Shown: positions 1 through 16,601 of the stretch, piece after piece
How positions within the stretch are numbered: the stretch's first letter is position 1
Layout of the letters: each line of letters begins with the position of its first letter
Origin: the human T2T-CHM13v2.0 reference genome, Homo sapiens
DNA: 64,000 bases
Direction: 5' to 3' (one strand)
NCBI RefSeq assembly: GCF_009914755.1
Contig: NC_060947.1
Program-made: the position numbers and the translations under genes
The notes under the pieces: model-generated
Told to the model about the DNA's origin: nothing
Seen by the model: only the letters and a program-made list of their open reading frames with translations
Databases searched by the model: none

Positions 1-74
1 TACTGAGACCTGTAGTTTGCTGTCCCCTGCTCTGCTCTCTTACTACAACACCCTACTGCTTCCCCAAGACTACT

Positions 75-285
75 ATTTACTGAGGACTTCTTATGGGCCA
101 GACACTGCGCTAAATGCTTTTCATGCAATATCTCTGTAATACAACGAGCCTCTGGGTTGGTTTCCATTTTATAGATGGAAAATAGGCTTAGAGAGTTTCA
201 GCAGCAACTGAAACACAAATACAAGGCTAGAAAGTGGCAGAGCTGTGAGCTTTGTGAATCTGGAAACTGTGATTTTATCCATTGC
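75..285 (-). mobile_element. MIR SINE
   Basis: Reverse MIR core: ccattttatagatggaaaataggcttagagag...aagtggcagagct. Confidence 0.7.
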
Positions 286-589
286 AGTAGAGAGGCTGAG
301 TAGAGTGAACTGGGACTGGGGCAGGGAGGGACTGGAATAAGAAAACTGGTGTGTAGAGCATGGCAACAGCCTAGACAATTATGGTATGGTTTGAAAAACA
401 CTGTAGCTTCATAATCAACTGGATTTGTCAGTTTATTGGATGTCAGGCAGGGTGGATTAGGGGAAGGTCACTCTAAGGTCTGAGCTTGGCTTACTTAGAG
501 AACAGAAATAAGGAAATCAGGTATAGGGCTGCTTTGAGGAGATAAACGGATGGGCCGATAAAGCTTATGGTGGCAAGATCCCTTATAGT

Positions 590-712
590 TTTGGCTGCTT
601 CACTAACTAGTTGTGTTATGGCAGGCAAAAAAATTAGCTTCTCTTGGCTTCAGTATCCTAAAGTACAAAACGAGGGTGTTGAATTAGATGGTCCCTTAGT
701 TTACTTCTAGTG
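590..712 (+). mobile_element. MIR/MIR3 fragment
   Basis: cactaactagttgtgtt...cttcagtatcct...gaattagatggtccctt. Confidence 0.55.
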
Positions 713-784
713 ATAATGTTCCAGTTGGTGAAAAGCAAAGGAAAATTCTAGGAAACTGCCAAAAGAAAGAGCCTAGAATAGGCT

Positions 785-1250
785 TTTTGAGGGAACGATT
801 TCTGAAAAAGAATTGAACAGAAGGGTGCTAAAAAGTTTATTGTAATTCTTCTGTCTTACTGCTCTCAGCAAATAAAGATCAAACAGGGTATTTGTGTTTG
901 CAAGGTCAAAGTAAACTAGTGTCCATTATCAAATGGCTGAATGACTCTTAACTGGATCAGAGAAAGATCAGAAAATGTATAGGAGAAAACTAATGGAAAG
1001 AGTGATTAACGTGATCGTTTCTGGCTCCAAAGAATAAGGAAACATGGGAAATGAAGAAATATGAAGAAGTATGAGGCAAGAAATAAAGATAATATAAATG
1101 AACAGGTCACTATGATTATTTGGGTTGCCTATTTAGACAAGAAAATAGGGCATCGATAATCTCTCATGCCGCCTAGTACAATTGGAAAAGAAAACTAATG
1201 CTAGTATCACTAGGAAAAGACATAGAAGAATTACTTTTAGAATCATCAAA
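785..1250 (+). mobile_element. Degenerate RTE-clade LINE (L4/RTE-X-like) ORF2 C-terminal fragment
   Basis: Manual translation gives GTISEKELNRRVLKS (792-836), a YGCE-WTL-like remnant (atggctgaatgactctta) and NEEI*RSMRQEIKII*MNRSL*LFG (1050-1124), in the order expected after an RTE reverse transcriptase domain. Confidence 0.5.
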
Positions 1251-2699
1251 AAATAAGTTTGAAAGCTTTTGCAAAAAGCACAGAAGTGAATGTTTTGAAG
1301 CAAATGAAACTAATGGGAATTATAATGAGACACATAGCAGTTTTATAATCTTGCCTCTCTTGTAATGTGTCAGAGAACAAGAACCCTGCTATTTTAACAC
1401 GCTTTGTCTATATGGTGCCAACACTGAACTTGACACGAAGAGAAGAAAGTCCTTTCTGATGAGAGCATGTAGTATCTGGATCTGTTTCTAGACTATGTGA
1501 TTCATTTTAAAGACTTCTAAGGAAAGGACACATCTAGATCATCTATGACGTTAAATCCGCTGTTCTGAAATAATATCAATATTACAAACAAATTCTAATT
1601 TTATGTATGTGAAAAAAACTACTTATATAAACTCATATTCATTCGAGAAACAAATACTCCAAGTTGGATATCAAGGAGTTTCCTTTCAGTTATCCTTTGT
1701 TCCGTGGATATAAATGCTGTGCTCCTTAATACTGGGTACAAAAAGAAAAATAAGTTTATTAGAAATATACACATCAAATACACTTCTGAAAAAAATGAGA
1801 AGCTATTGAAATGAGGTCAACTAAACAGAAATCTATTTGTAGGGTTTAAAACACCATGAATGAGATCATCTTTTGTGATTCCATCTATCCTTGCATTTCT
1901 CAAATTCTATTTTGAAATCACTGCCTATGTTCATTGCCTAAAATAGCTTTTCCTTTGATTCTTAGATGATCTTATGAAAATGAAAATATATATAAGGCTA
2001 TTTTGCATAGAAATGATTAGACATAGATAAATATTTACACCAAACAGTTTAGGGAGTGGGGACTAGTTATTTCAGAGATTATACAATGAAAATTTTAGAC
2101 TGATTTAAACATATTATTTTATATGCCAGTTTAGGATGATGAATAAGTAATGAATCACTGAATTTCTCCCTCCCTTCCTACCCCCAGCCTTCTTCACTTC
2201 TTTCCTCCTTTATTCCTTCATTTCTTTATTGACATACATACGTAGTGTGTACACCCCCCATCTTCTAAAGTAACCCCATGGGAAGAAACGCTCAGGTGGT
2301 TATATTAAAAAAATCGAGGGTATGAAAATCTCAGGGTCGTATGCCCAAACACCAATGCGATATAAAAATTAAGGTGCACATATATGATTTTTCAATTTTT
2401 TCATTTTTATGTGTGAATGAATTTGGAAGAAAAACCTTTCATACACTCCAGACTTCCTGTGTTTTGTAGCCACAGCCTTCATTTGCAACTCTGACATGGC
2501 AAGCTGCTGTTTTCTAGATTTCATTTGTGTGGGCGCCTGCTGCACACCAATATATATTTTCTCTTTACAACCATCCACCATGTGGATGCATTTCTTTATT
2601 AGTCAATATATATTCTGTAGGTTACATTCTGCAAATTTGAACATGGACAAAATGCAATCAATATAATCCATAACACTGCACAGATGTCTTGGAGAGATT

Positions 2700-4230
2700 G
2701 CAGAAATCATTCACCAGGAGGCTGAATGTCGAAGAATTATAAAATTGCATTTAGATGGACAAGTCAGAAAACAGGTTTAAAAAGTAGTACATTTTTAAAT
2801 TTGTGATTTCATTATGACCATGGAATGAGGTAAAAGCATAACTGTAGTCAGCAATTTACACTTAAATACAGAAAATGCAAAAGACACTATGTACATAGGA
2901 GGAAAGGAGGTATGGATGTGAGAAGAAACAGGAGGGAGAAGCCTAATGAATGATCTTCAGATGAAAAGAATCAATGAAAAATATCCAGCTGTGGTTAAAT
3001 GCTTTCAAATTGCCATTTATGCAATTGATGCATGGAATAGGTATTTGTCAGTGCAGAGAGTGCGAACAGAACATTATTATGAAACAGAGCAGGATCCTTG
3101 GCAAAATACCAATGAAATACAGTTTTCAATAGTAAGGAAAATGGAGAGTGTGAAATAATGTCAATTAGAGAGAAATGCATGCTGCTGAAGACTCTCGGCA
3201 CTATTCCTGGAAGAATAACCACCATGCTTAGAAATCCGGAGAGTTCTGGGAAACAATGGCCACAGAAACAAGACTTATTGATTTAAATTAAGATTTCAGT
3301 TGTGCTTAAGAAACATGTAATGACTACAATTATATCATCTGACAAGAAAAATAATATGTATAGGCAAGAGTGATATTTAAAATGTTGTACTTAACCATTC
3401 GTATCAGATGGATACAGAACAATCAGGCACAGGCAATGAAAAATTAGAACAGAATTAAAAGGTTTAAAATGGAAAGACATGGATGTATTGGAACATACTG
3501 GCTGAATATCAGTGCCTGAGGGCAATGGTTGATAAATCTGTAAGAAATTTTTCAATGCATATTTCTGAGCACCCTTTTGTCCCTTTAATAGAATGATAAT
3601 TTCCAGCAAAATCAAAAGTAGTAGAAATAAACAGTTCAAAAATCCCAACTTTTAAAGAATTACCTTCATATGACATTTGCCAAACCCCTGACAACCATCT
3701 ATAATTGACAAAAAAAAGCGAGCATAAGTTGACTCAAATTAATAAGAAAGAGCTACAAAATATTTAGAAAGTAGGAAAAAATCTAATATTTAAAAAAATT
3801 CTGCCTAAATCACCTGTTTAGCCGAAGTTCAGAATAGTGAACAATCAGCAATAATAGATGTAAATCAATTTCCACTTATGGATGTAAGTGCCCTTTGGAA
3901 ATACTTTTTGAAAAGTTAAGAGACCACAGTGGTAAACCATATACTAAAAGCAATCTATGACAATTTTCTAAGGCCTCTGAAATTCTATACAGGTTCTCAA
4001 AAGTACTATTCAGAAGTGAAAGTTCCAATAATAGATGCTTTCAACGATATTAAAGCAAAAACACAAGAGGGGAACAATGACAGATATAAAGGTTTTATAC
4101 CTAGAAAAGACTTAATAGCTAGACGTTGTCACAAATTACTACACTAACAAACAGTGCATGAATTTCAGCTTTTCAACTTAACAAAAGATGGGCAATATAG
4201 TCAAACCATCATTTACATGAGCTCTTGAGG
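2700..4230 (+). mobile_element. Degenerate RTE-clade LINE (L4-like) endonuclease to RT N-terminal region
   Basis: ORF 2946-3158 (IYA...TEHYYETEQ...IVRKM) resembles the APE endonuclease pattern VYAP..E.FYE.LQ..IV.GD. ORF 3929-4147 (SEVK..IIDAF.DIKAKTQEGNND) resembles RT subdomain 0. The plus strand is A-rich. Confidence 0.45.
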
Positions 4231-4409
4231 CTTGAACATATTAATACCAAATTAGAAACTAAGAGCAGATTGTACCCATACATTCAATACAGAGTTGCTG
4301 AATATCTAAGTGCAATGTACTGTGTTAGAAGCCATAGGAAATATCAATGTTTTTTCAACATGGATCCTAATTTTAAGATATGTATAGTATACTTGGGGAT
4401 AATGAAAAT

Positions 4410-4560
4410 ACGAGTAGGCAGAAAAGATAACTATTGAGTACTGGGCTTAATATCTGGGTGATAAAATAATGTGTACAACAAACCTCCATGACATGTGTTT
4501 ACCTATGTAACAAACCTTCACATGTACCGTCAAACCTAAAATAAAAGCTAAAAAAAGAAA
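4410..4560 (+). mobile_element. L1 3' end (old L1PA/L1PB-type)
   Basis: tactgggcttaatatctgggtgataaaataatgtgtacaacaaacctccatgacatg...aataaaag plus A-tail. Confidence 0.85.
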
Positions 4561-4719
4561 ATACAACTAGAAAAGTAATATTATTAATATGAGAATTAAT
4601 TATTTTCATATGGAGGAATCAGGGAAGGCTCCATGATACAGCATGGTCTTGACATTAAGAGTTTGTGGAATTGGTGTTCCAGGTAGAGAAAATAATAATA
4701 ATGACAATAATAATAATAA

Positions 4720-4940
4720 CAGTAAAGACAGTGATAGATAACATTATTGTTTCTGATACCCAATAATCTTTGAGTTATGTCATTTTCATTCTCCAAAAGC
4801 CTCACGAAGTTGGTTTTTAATTCCATTTTACAGATGAGGAAACTGAGGCACAGGAAGGACTCAAGGTTATATATCTATCAATGGAGTGGATTGATTAGAA
4901 TTGGATCTGTCCAATTGCAGAGCCCCTGTTCCTATACCGC
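4720..4940 (-). mobile_element. MIR
   Basis: ccattttacagatgaggaaactgaggcacag core. Confidence 0.8.
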
Positions 4941-5267
4941 CTTTTCATAAACAGATCAAGGTCAGTTTAGTTGGCATGTAGTTTGTAAAAGAAAGGAGTA
5001 GCAGTTAGACTAGAAGGGTGACTTGGAGTCTCCTAGCTGCATTTACAAAGGCACATTTAAGGCACCCTAATCCAAGGCATGTTCATTTCCACAAGCTTTA
5101 CCACAATTTTTTATTAATACCATAAACACCAAAAGAATATAGTGCCATCATCATAGAAATCCATTACATTAAGTCATCAATGAAAAGTATACTCAGAAGT
5201 TCTTGAACTCTGCTCATGAAATTCAGTTATCTTTTGAATATCATAGGCATCATAGAAAAATGCATGA

Positions 5268-5931
<664 letters not shown>

Positions 5932-6557
5932 TCTATCTTATTTTTAAAAATTATCACTCAACGTACAGCTCAAATCATCCATAGTATAATTTTATTTAGC
6001 TGAAGGATGGATTTGTCATTAGTTCCATAACTCCTGTTCTCTCTCTTGACTTTATTTTTTATACACACAACATTTAACCAGAAGACAGACCCAATAAAAA
6101 TTTATTAAATTATGAAACAGGATAAAACTGGACATAATGAGACAAACAAACAAACAAACGCAAAGTGGTCTAAAATGTTTCGATTTAATGATGATAGCGT
6201 AACCTGCAATCATTCATATATGAGAGAAGGCATCATGAGGATCTCAGCTTTGGGATAGGTTTTCCAGGAAGGGAACTAGAGCATTAGTCCAGCCCTGTTG
6301 TTTCAGCAAGGACCCCTGTTAGCAATGACAGGCATTTATAAGAAGTGAGGCCACACTCATCAGGTGCAGAGCACAGCAAAGCTGCATGGCTCACTAGAGT
6401 ACTGAATCTGGCATCACGCTCATGTTATCCACTTAGTAACCAATGGGGCAGTTTTAAAAACCACAAATGTTTGTAGGGATCTGTTTTCTCTATTAAGCCT
6501 CTTTCTCCTGCGAAACATATCTCCTGAAGCATGGAGAAATAACTTATTTTTCTTTAA

Positions 6558-6856
<299 letters not shown>

Positions 6857-6861
6857 TGAAC

Positions 6862-6864
6862 TTT

Positions 6865-6895
<31 letters not shown>

Positions 6896-7312
6896 ACTGG
6901 TTTATCTTACTACTTTTATTATACAATGCTTTTACAAAAAATTTTATTATTATTATACTTAAAGTTTTAGGGTACATGTGCACAACGTGCAGGTTTGTTA
7001 CATATGTATACATGTGCCATGCTGGTGTGCTGCACCCATTAACTCATCATTTAGCGTTACGTATATCTCCTAATGCTATCCCTCCCCACTCCCCCAACCC
7101 CAAAACATTCCCCGGTGTGTGATGTTCCCCTTCCTTTGTCCATGTGTTCTCATTGTTCAATTCCCACCTATGAGTGAGAACATGGGGTGTTTGGTTTTTG
7201 GTCCTTGTGATAGTTTGCTGAGAATGATGGTTTCCAGCTTCATCCATGTCCCTACAAAGGACATGAATTCATCATTTTTTATGGCTGCATAGTATTCTCT
7301 GGTGTATATGTG
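6862..7312 (-). mobile_element. 5'-truncated L1PA (young primate L1) with probable 3' transduction
   Basis: L1PA 3'UTR at 6942-7312 (ttttagggtacatgtgcacaacgtgcagg...); TSD ctctttgaac at 6852-6861 and 7313-7322. Confidence 0.93.
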
Positions 7313-7960
7313 CTCTTTGAACATTTGATCTTGGTATCTTAATGTTATCCTTTCCCATCCAAGGAAAGGTATCTAGCCCATTTTCTTTGCGTTTACTCCC
7401 TCCAGATGTTCTAATGTCTGCTCCAAAATGCTGGGTGACCCCATCCTAGAGCTGCTCACATGGTATACAGGATCATAGCACTTTTGCTTAAGTGAATTGA
7501 CTTATTTCTTGTAAGTCATGCCCAGCAGCATTAATACTTCCTCCTCAACACAACCACAAGAGCTCTGGAGGGAACCCCTCCTTTACTACAATGGGGGTTT
7601 TCTCTGCTTTCCAGTGGGGAAATGGGGGCTTCTCCCATGATTTACTAGCCTCTCAAGACTATTGTGGCAATTTGGTAAGATAATACTTTGAAAATGCTCA
7701 GTCAACTCTAAAGTGCAATGCAGATATAAAGTATAAGTAATAGCTACTGAAATATTTTAAATATCCTTGGGCCCTAATACAATCATGATAAAATCAGCAG
7801 TCTTCTACATAGGAACAAATAAAACAGATTCTCCCCATTAAGTAAACAAAACTTAGGGTAGGCTTGAAAAAGGACAAGTTGTGAAATTAAATTTCCAGAT
7901 TTTTAATTCAATTTAGGTGTTTTCTGGTGCCAGATGGTTTGAAGTTCTTAAACCATTTTT

Positions 7961-8273
<313 letters not shown>

Positions 8274-8850
8274 CTTAAACCATTTTTAAAGCGGCATGCA
8301 TCTTTAACCTTTAATGTAAAGAACATGATCATAGAAAAGTATTTAAATTTTGACCTTATTCATGCAATGCAATGCTTTAAACTGTAGATGTCAACTTTGC
8401 ACTCTATGACCACAAAATATGCACATATCACCCTTTTATTATAGAACTCGGTACCACTAGGTATGATATAAATGGTTACTGAGAAACAGAGTTTGCTGCA
8501 TCGTGCTTCTAGTGAGAAATAGTTGCACAGTATTTAAGGAGTTGTTCATTATGTAATGGGAACTTTGTGCTTAGAACAGCTCCACAGGGAGAAGCAATAG
8601 AGCTAGATGTAAAAATGTTCTCCATTTCACAATGTAGAAGTTTAATTTTTGCAGTATACTTTTCCTTATACTATCATAATTTTACATGTTGGGTAAGAAT
8701 TTCCATGAATTCTATGTACAATTTGGCCTCCTGTCATCTTTGTTTTGCCCTCTCCCTTTCTCTTATAGTTGGAATGAAACAGAGGAAGGAGTAGACAGTA
8801 TGGCCTTTTTCTGATTTTGACCTACATTACATTTTGAGAGTTTAGAGTAA

Positions 8851-9223
<373 letters not shown>

Positions 9224-9479
9224 TAACTTTTTCTGTGTAAGGGCGTAGGTACTTTAAATGCAAAGTGAGAAATGCAGTATTACCAGGGCAGAAAAACATG
9301 CTCTGTGAACTTATGTGAATTCATTATTCCTTACTTACAATGATTGTTCACATCCCTGTAGTAAAGAAACTTCTCTACTTACAACTTCCCATAGGTAGCA
9401 ATAAAGGTCCCAGGCACAGCAGAAGCATGGCAATGAAGAATACCACCAACAGAGGACATCAGAACTTACTTTAGGCCAC

Positions 9480-9765
9480 CATTAGGTTTTCTTAGCCTGT
9501 GTTGTGTTTTGTGTGCATATTTTCATAATGTTTTATAAATATTATTATTAACACCGCTATGTTCAAAAGTACAAAAGAGTCAAAAAAGTGTTCCTTTAAG
9601 AAAAGACATGCGATTACTACGGCAACAAAAGAGAACTTATTGTAGAAGGGTGTACATTGTATATATTGGTCACTTTTGTATGTCATTTTGGACTTAAAAG
9701 GAAATGAATTTCCAAACAGCCCTTGAGAACCAATTCTCTTTGTAGAGAAAGGAGGTTGTATGTTG
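9480..9765. mobile_element. Possible old Tigger/TcMar DNA transposon fragment
   Basis: End gaaccaattctctttgtagagaaaggaggttgtatgt resembles Tigger-type termini; identified by eye only. Confidence 0.3.
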
Positions 9766-9789
9766 TCTATAAATTATAGGATCATAGAC

Positions 9790-10385
<596 letters not shown>

Positions 10386-10459
10386 TTAAAGTTTATCTTG
10401 TAAAATTCCCAGGTAAAAGAGTAATTCTCTGTAAAACATCTTTGTGCAAGTACTGTTGA

Positions 10460-10945
10460 TTGTCCCCATATATTTTCCATTTTTTCTTGTGGCAATAGAA
10501 CTCATAATTTTCAGTTGGGTATGTAGATGCCTGAAGGAAAGAATATATTTCTTAGCCTCACATAGATGTAAATATAATCATGGGACAAAGTTCTGGTGAA
10601 GGAACTATCAGGGGATACATTTCATGACAGTTTCTGAAAGATTTTCTCACAACACTGCTGGCACACGCCCTCTCTGTGCCTCCTTCCTTCTTCCATGTTG
10701 CTGGGGGCTGGAACTCAGATGTGTTGGCTGGAGCTGAAGCAGACATATTGGACCATGTGGTGACAACGAGAATTGAGGCCACCATGGCAGGACAAGGTAA
10801 AGGAGGACTTCGGACTTAGTGAAGCAGAATAGCGGAAGGAGGCCTGATCTACCTAGTTCTGGGCTTGTACATGAGAGAGACCTACATTTCTCTATTGTTT
10901 AAGCTATTGTTACAGTTTGTCCTATTAGCAGATGAATCAGATTAA
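10460..10945 (+). mobile_element. MLT1 (ERVL-MaLR) solo LTR, MLT1I/J-like
   Basis: gatgtgttggctggagctgaagcagacatattggaccatg...ttgtttaagctattgtt. Confidence 0.75.
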
Positions 10946-11169
10946 AAAATGATGGAAATTTGTGAAGCAGCCCATGCCACTTAATAACAACTCTAACGTT
11001 TACATTTTCCTTACTCAGAGTAAGCTCCACTGTAACACTTGCCCATAGTTCTCTTCTACAATCTTACTTAATTAAGTGTGCTGTGTCCTTTACCCACCCT
11101 CCCCAGATGCATGAAGAAGCTGTCCTGTATTTTCATGTTATCTTCTTACTGAACATTCTAGATTCTTTC

Positions 11170-11990
11170 AAATATTTGTCATATAACCATCGCTATACCT
11201 TTCACAATCTTGGTTGCCCTGCTGTCAATGTATTATGATTTTTCAGTGTTCTCATCATACGTGATGCTCATAAGTCAATATGACTGCAGATGTGGTTTAA
11301 CTAGTGAAGAGATTAATGGAACATTTGTGAATTTCATTAATGCAATCTAATACTGTATTGCCTCGTACAGTAAGCCACACCAGATCATACTGGAGATTAA
11401 TACAGTCCTTGTGGTTATTTAAAATCCCAATTTGTTTTTCATATAAAGCGCCACAAAGTCAGATGTTCCTCAGCCTATATTTGTACAAAAGACTTTAAAA
11501 ATCTTAAAGGCAGGACATCTTGCTTGTTCTTGTTAAATTTTATTTTAATTTTTTTATTTTGGTACAGTATCCCAGTCTGTTATAATCTTATTTTGAGTCT
11601 TGATTTTGATCTTTCAGTGTGTTGACTCCCATTCTCACCTTTGTGTCATTTGAAAAATTAATAAGTGCACAATGTATATGCTTATCTAGAAAAATGACAA
11701 AAATCTGGGTCAAAGTACAGGCAAGGAGGCACCACTTTTAGGGGGCACTATTTATGGAGGGTTGTGAAATGAAGTAGAACTGAATTCACTCTGTGGTTAG
11801 CACCACAAAACACTTCTCAAATTGACAGTTTAACACAACATTCCTCCTTGGGCATGGTTATTGAAACATCACCAAATTTACCAAATTATATTTCTCTCCA
11901 TGTATAATTCATGTAGTTTAATAAGATTGTGAGCAGCCACGTAAAAGGCACTGCTGAAATTCAGATACACTGCTGCAGCATAACACCACT
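11170..11990 (-). mobile_element. L3/CR1 LINE fragment
   Basis: CR1-like motifs tcttggttgccctgct, cagatgtggtttaactag, taatgcaatctaa, gcactgctgaaattcagatacac. Confidence 0.65.
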
Positions 11991-12096
11991 TTAAAAAAGC
12001 CAGTTAAGTTGGCAAAGTAAAAAAAAAAAAAAAGCCTACAATATTAAGGTGAAAACTTTACAACATGACTCTAGTGAATATTAAAGTCTAAAATAA

Positions 12097-12478
<382 letters not shown>

Positions 12479-13899
12479 TAGTTTTTAAGATAAAAGCGAC
12501 AAGCCAAATTAATGTTTTAAAAAGCTCGAAACATATGGGGGGAAAAATTAAACAAAGTGCCAAGTAGTGAACATACAGCTAAATAATAAAAAGTAGTCAT
12601 ACTGATGCTTTGTTATTCAAAAATCATTTTTCCTCAAAGAGTAAGGGTGAAAAATTGTAAGGACTATCCCACTACATGTTCAATTAAATGACTAAATTAA
12701 TGTAGAGACATTTAATTAAAGTTCCACTAGTTTTTCCAAATGCTATTAATTACGCCGCTATCTAAAATTAAATCTCTCCCCAAACCCTTTTACATTTCTT
12801 CCGCTCATCTGATACAGACATAATTAAAATGCTGCAAGTTTACCTAAACGCATCCAAATATTATAAAAGAAAATATGAAAAACTGGAGTTTCAGTAGCTC
12901 CTTAAGAAGCTGGAATTTTAATGGGATTTCTACAATCCTTGGGGAAAACCAATAGATGTGTAAGCAGGCATGCACACACACACACAAACTGTCTCAAGAT
13001 TCCTCTGAAAATAAATTTCTCTCTTTATATCTAAGGTGCTGCAGTGAATACCACAGACAACTATAGTTTCAAAGGTTTTCTACCAGCAAAAGACAAGAAT
13101 TTTTGAAGACACTGGGTAATTAATTGCAGGCACAAGGTGTACTCTAGTTATAACACTTCTGTGCTACCATTTTCGAAACAATAAGCATTCCTTAATAGCG
13201 GCTCAGAAAGGCACTCTTTAAGAGAAACAGTTTGGAATTCAGGCTTCCTTGTATTGTATCCAAACTTCCAAATGGAAAAAAACCAGCCTGGACAATCCCA
13301 GCTTCATTCTATATGCAAGTTATTCTCCAGTGAGTAAACAAAGGTTGATCCTAACTCCCAAACTTATTTTATTAATCATATACAAGATGAAAACACATTG
13401 ATCAAACAAGGTCTACTAACATGAGACTTCTCTTATTTCCTTTCTCTTACTTGATTCTGACAGTTGTCCTTTTAATTGCTCTGCACGGATAGTATTCAGC
13501 CATCTAAAATCAACAAATTCTCTATTTACCCCAGTCGTCTTCCAGATTGCTGTAGGTTCATTATGCAAATGTTCCTTTAAGAAATACAGAGTTACTCCAG
13601 GAATGACCACTACCTGCCATTACTATGGAGTCCAGAGGTAGGGTCAGGTACAGGCTGGGGTCTTTTGAAAGTGACTTGTCTCTTTTCCAAAATTTCATTT
13701 GCTTCTAATCAAGAGTCTGGTAAATTAGGAGGAGTCCTTTTCTCACTCATCATCGTAGCCAAAGTCTCATGAGACAAGGCTGGGTCTCAGTAGGACTGTG
13801 ATTCATGAAAAGTCAATTATGGATAAATTTTGTTTACCAATATCCTTCCTCATTCCTGGTTCTGCTTGGCAAACAGCCATCCCTCCTCCCATTCTCTTA

Positions 13900-14055
13900 T
13901 TACAAGGGTTTGCAAACTTCACCGCACTTTGTAATCCTGGGGATTTTCAACAAATGCTGATGCTTGGAGCCCACCCCCAGAGATTGAATTGGTCTGAGAT
14001 GCAGCCTGGGCATGAGGAGCTTTATAAGCTGCCCAGGGGATTCTGATATGTGGTC
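13900..14055. mobile_element. MER5-type hAT MITE
   Basis: aaatgctgatgcttggagcccacccccagagatt...ccaggggattctgatatg. Confidence 0.7.
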
Positions 14056-15395
14056 TGCGCTTTAGGCCTGTCAAGGTGGGATAACAACTTGATAATAAAG
14101 GTTTATTTCCTGATCAGTTAAAGGGGTTACCACATCTCAAAGAAATATTTTGCATACTCAAAGGACCTGTAATGGAATTTAAGTTAAATAATGGTGTTAC
14201 AATATCTGTAATTAATTTTAAATATCTCAACATAGATAGTTGGATATTTTATATGTGCAGTTAGTGCAACCTTCAACTCTAGAGGCTTGAGGCAAATGGT
14301 TATTTTAATTAGGAATTCATATTCTAGGACAGCACAGCCTTCATCTTATGAAAAAGGCCAAAACCCAGAGACTGCTACTACTATATATCTCTGTGAACCT
14401 TGGAGGATTTTGTAATGCATGTAATAGATATCGCAAATGTGTTTTTGCTGAGGGAAATAGTGGATTGCAATGAATATCCCTATAGGATCTCATTAGTAAA
14501 ATTTAAGACAATCAAGATACATGGATTAACTAAAATATTTTAATGACATCCCCTAACATTGCATAAACAGGATATAAGAATCCAGCAAAACCTGTTGCTT
14601 GGGCTTTTAATTTTACGTCTGGTCTCCAATGGCCTTGTATCCAACCATTGGCTTAGGAAGAATTCTTGTGACCTGATGCCAAATCTAAAGGTAAGAGAAT
14701 ACTGTATTTGCAATGGTGTCAATTTAAGCCTAAAATCCTACACTTCATAAAAATTGTAGAACAGGCTGTAAGCTGACTTCTGCCTGCCTTCTAACAAATG
14801 TTGGTTAACGACATGATTGCACTTGTGGAGGACTTCAGCATGAAGCATGAAGCTGCGGCTTGAGGTAGCCATTCCTCATCCACCTCAAACACATCTGTGG
14901 TTCTCCATTATTTCCCAAAAAGAACCTAATAGTTGCACGTGACCTAAATTCACTTAGGTCAGTTCACAGCAGGTGGAATTTGAGGCAGTGTGCCAATAAA
15001 ATGAGCGGTAAGTAAATATTTGGGGTAAGAGGGTCTTCTGCACAACGATTAAATAGTTCTAGGTGATTTTCTAATCTCCTCATTTATAAGAGTGGTCCCA
15101 GCAAGAACAGAGACTGAAATAAAGTGGTCGTTTCAAAGCTTTAAATACTCTGCTTTCAGCTACTCTGTCCACTTATTCAAAGACAAACTTGAAAGGAAAC
15201 AGGAGCCCATATTATAGCACAGGCTTTTAAATTTGTCAATATGAGGAACCAGGAAATGCCCTGTTCTTCTTCGGGGCTCTTTCATTTAGCTTGCATTCCA
15301 GGAATGTTCATTTGTTCCAAGCAACATTAGAAATTAATGGGGTAAGTGCTGGGTGAATGTAGGTAATCGGTATAAAGGCTGCTTTCTTGAGTTAA

Positions 15396-15671
<276 letters not shown>

Positions 15672-15818
15672 TAATTTCTAAAGTCCTGTTTCATTTGAAG
15701 TTTGAATGCAAAAGTACTAATGACTGCAGGGGAGGGATGTTTTCTATATCTTAAGAAATACGTAAATAATATGTGGCATAGCTTCTGATAGTACTGCAAT
15801 ATAACTATCTATAACTAA

Positions 15819-16176
<358 letters not shown>

Positions 16177-16242
16177 TAGAAAATTAAAAAAAAAAAAAAA
16201 AGAATGCTGGCTTATAAATGGAGTAGATTTTCTGGAAAATGA

Positions 16243-16601
16243 ATGTTTTAGTCCGTTGGAATGCTATAACAAAATATCATAAACTGGGTGGCTTATAGAC
16301 AACCAAAGTTTTTTTCTCACAATTCTGAAGGCTAGGAAGTCTGATATCAAGGCGCTGGCAGATTCAGTGTTTGGTGAAGGCCTGCTTTCTTGTTCATAGA
16401 TAGCACCTTCTTGTGTTCTCATGGCAAAAAGGGCAAAGCAGCTCTCTGGGTCTCTTTTATAAGGGTTCTAATCTCATTCATGTGGGCTCTGCCCTCATGA
16501 TCTAATCACCTCCCAAGGGGCCTACCTCCTAATACCATCATATATGGAATTAGGTTTCCACATATGAATTTTGGGGAGACACAAATATTCAAGCCACAGC
16601 A
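16243..16601 (-). mobile_element. MaLR solo LTR (MLT1A/MSTD-like)
   Basis: tgttttagtcc...gctataacaaaatatcataaactgggtggctta...gaattttggggagacacaaatattcaagccacagca. Confidence 0.85.
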
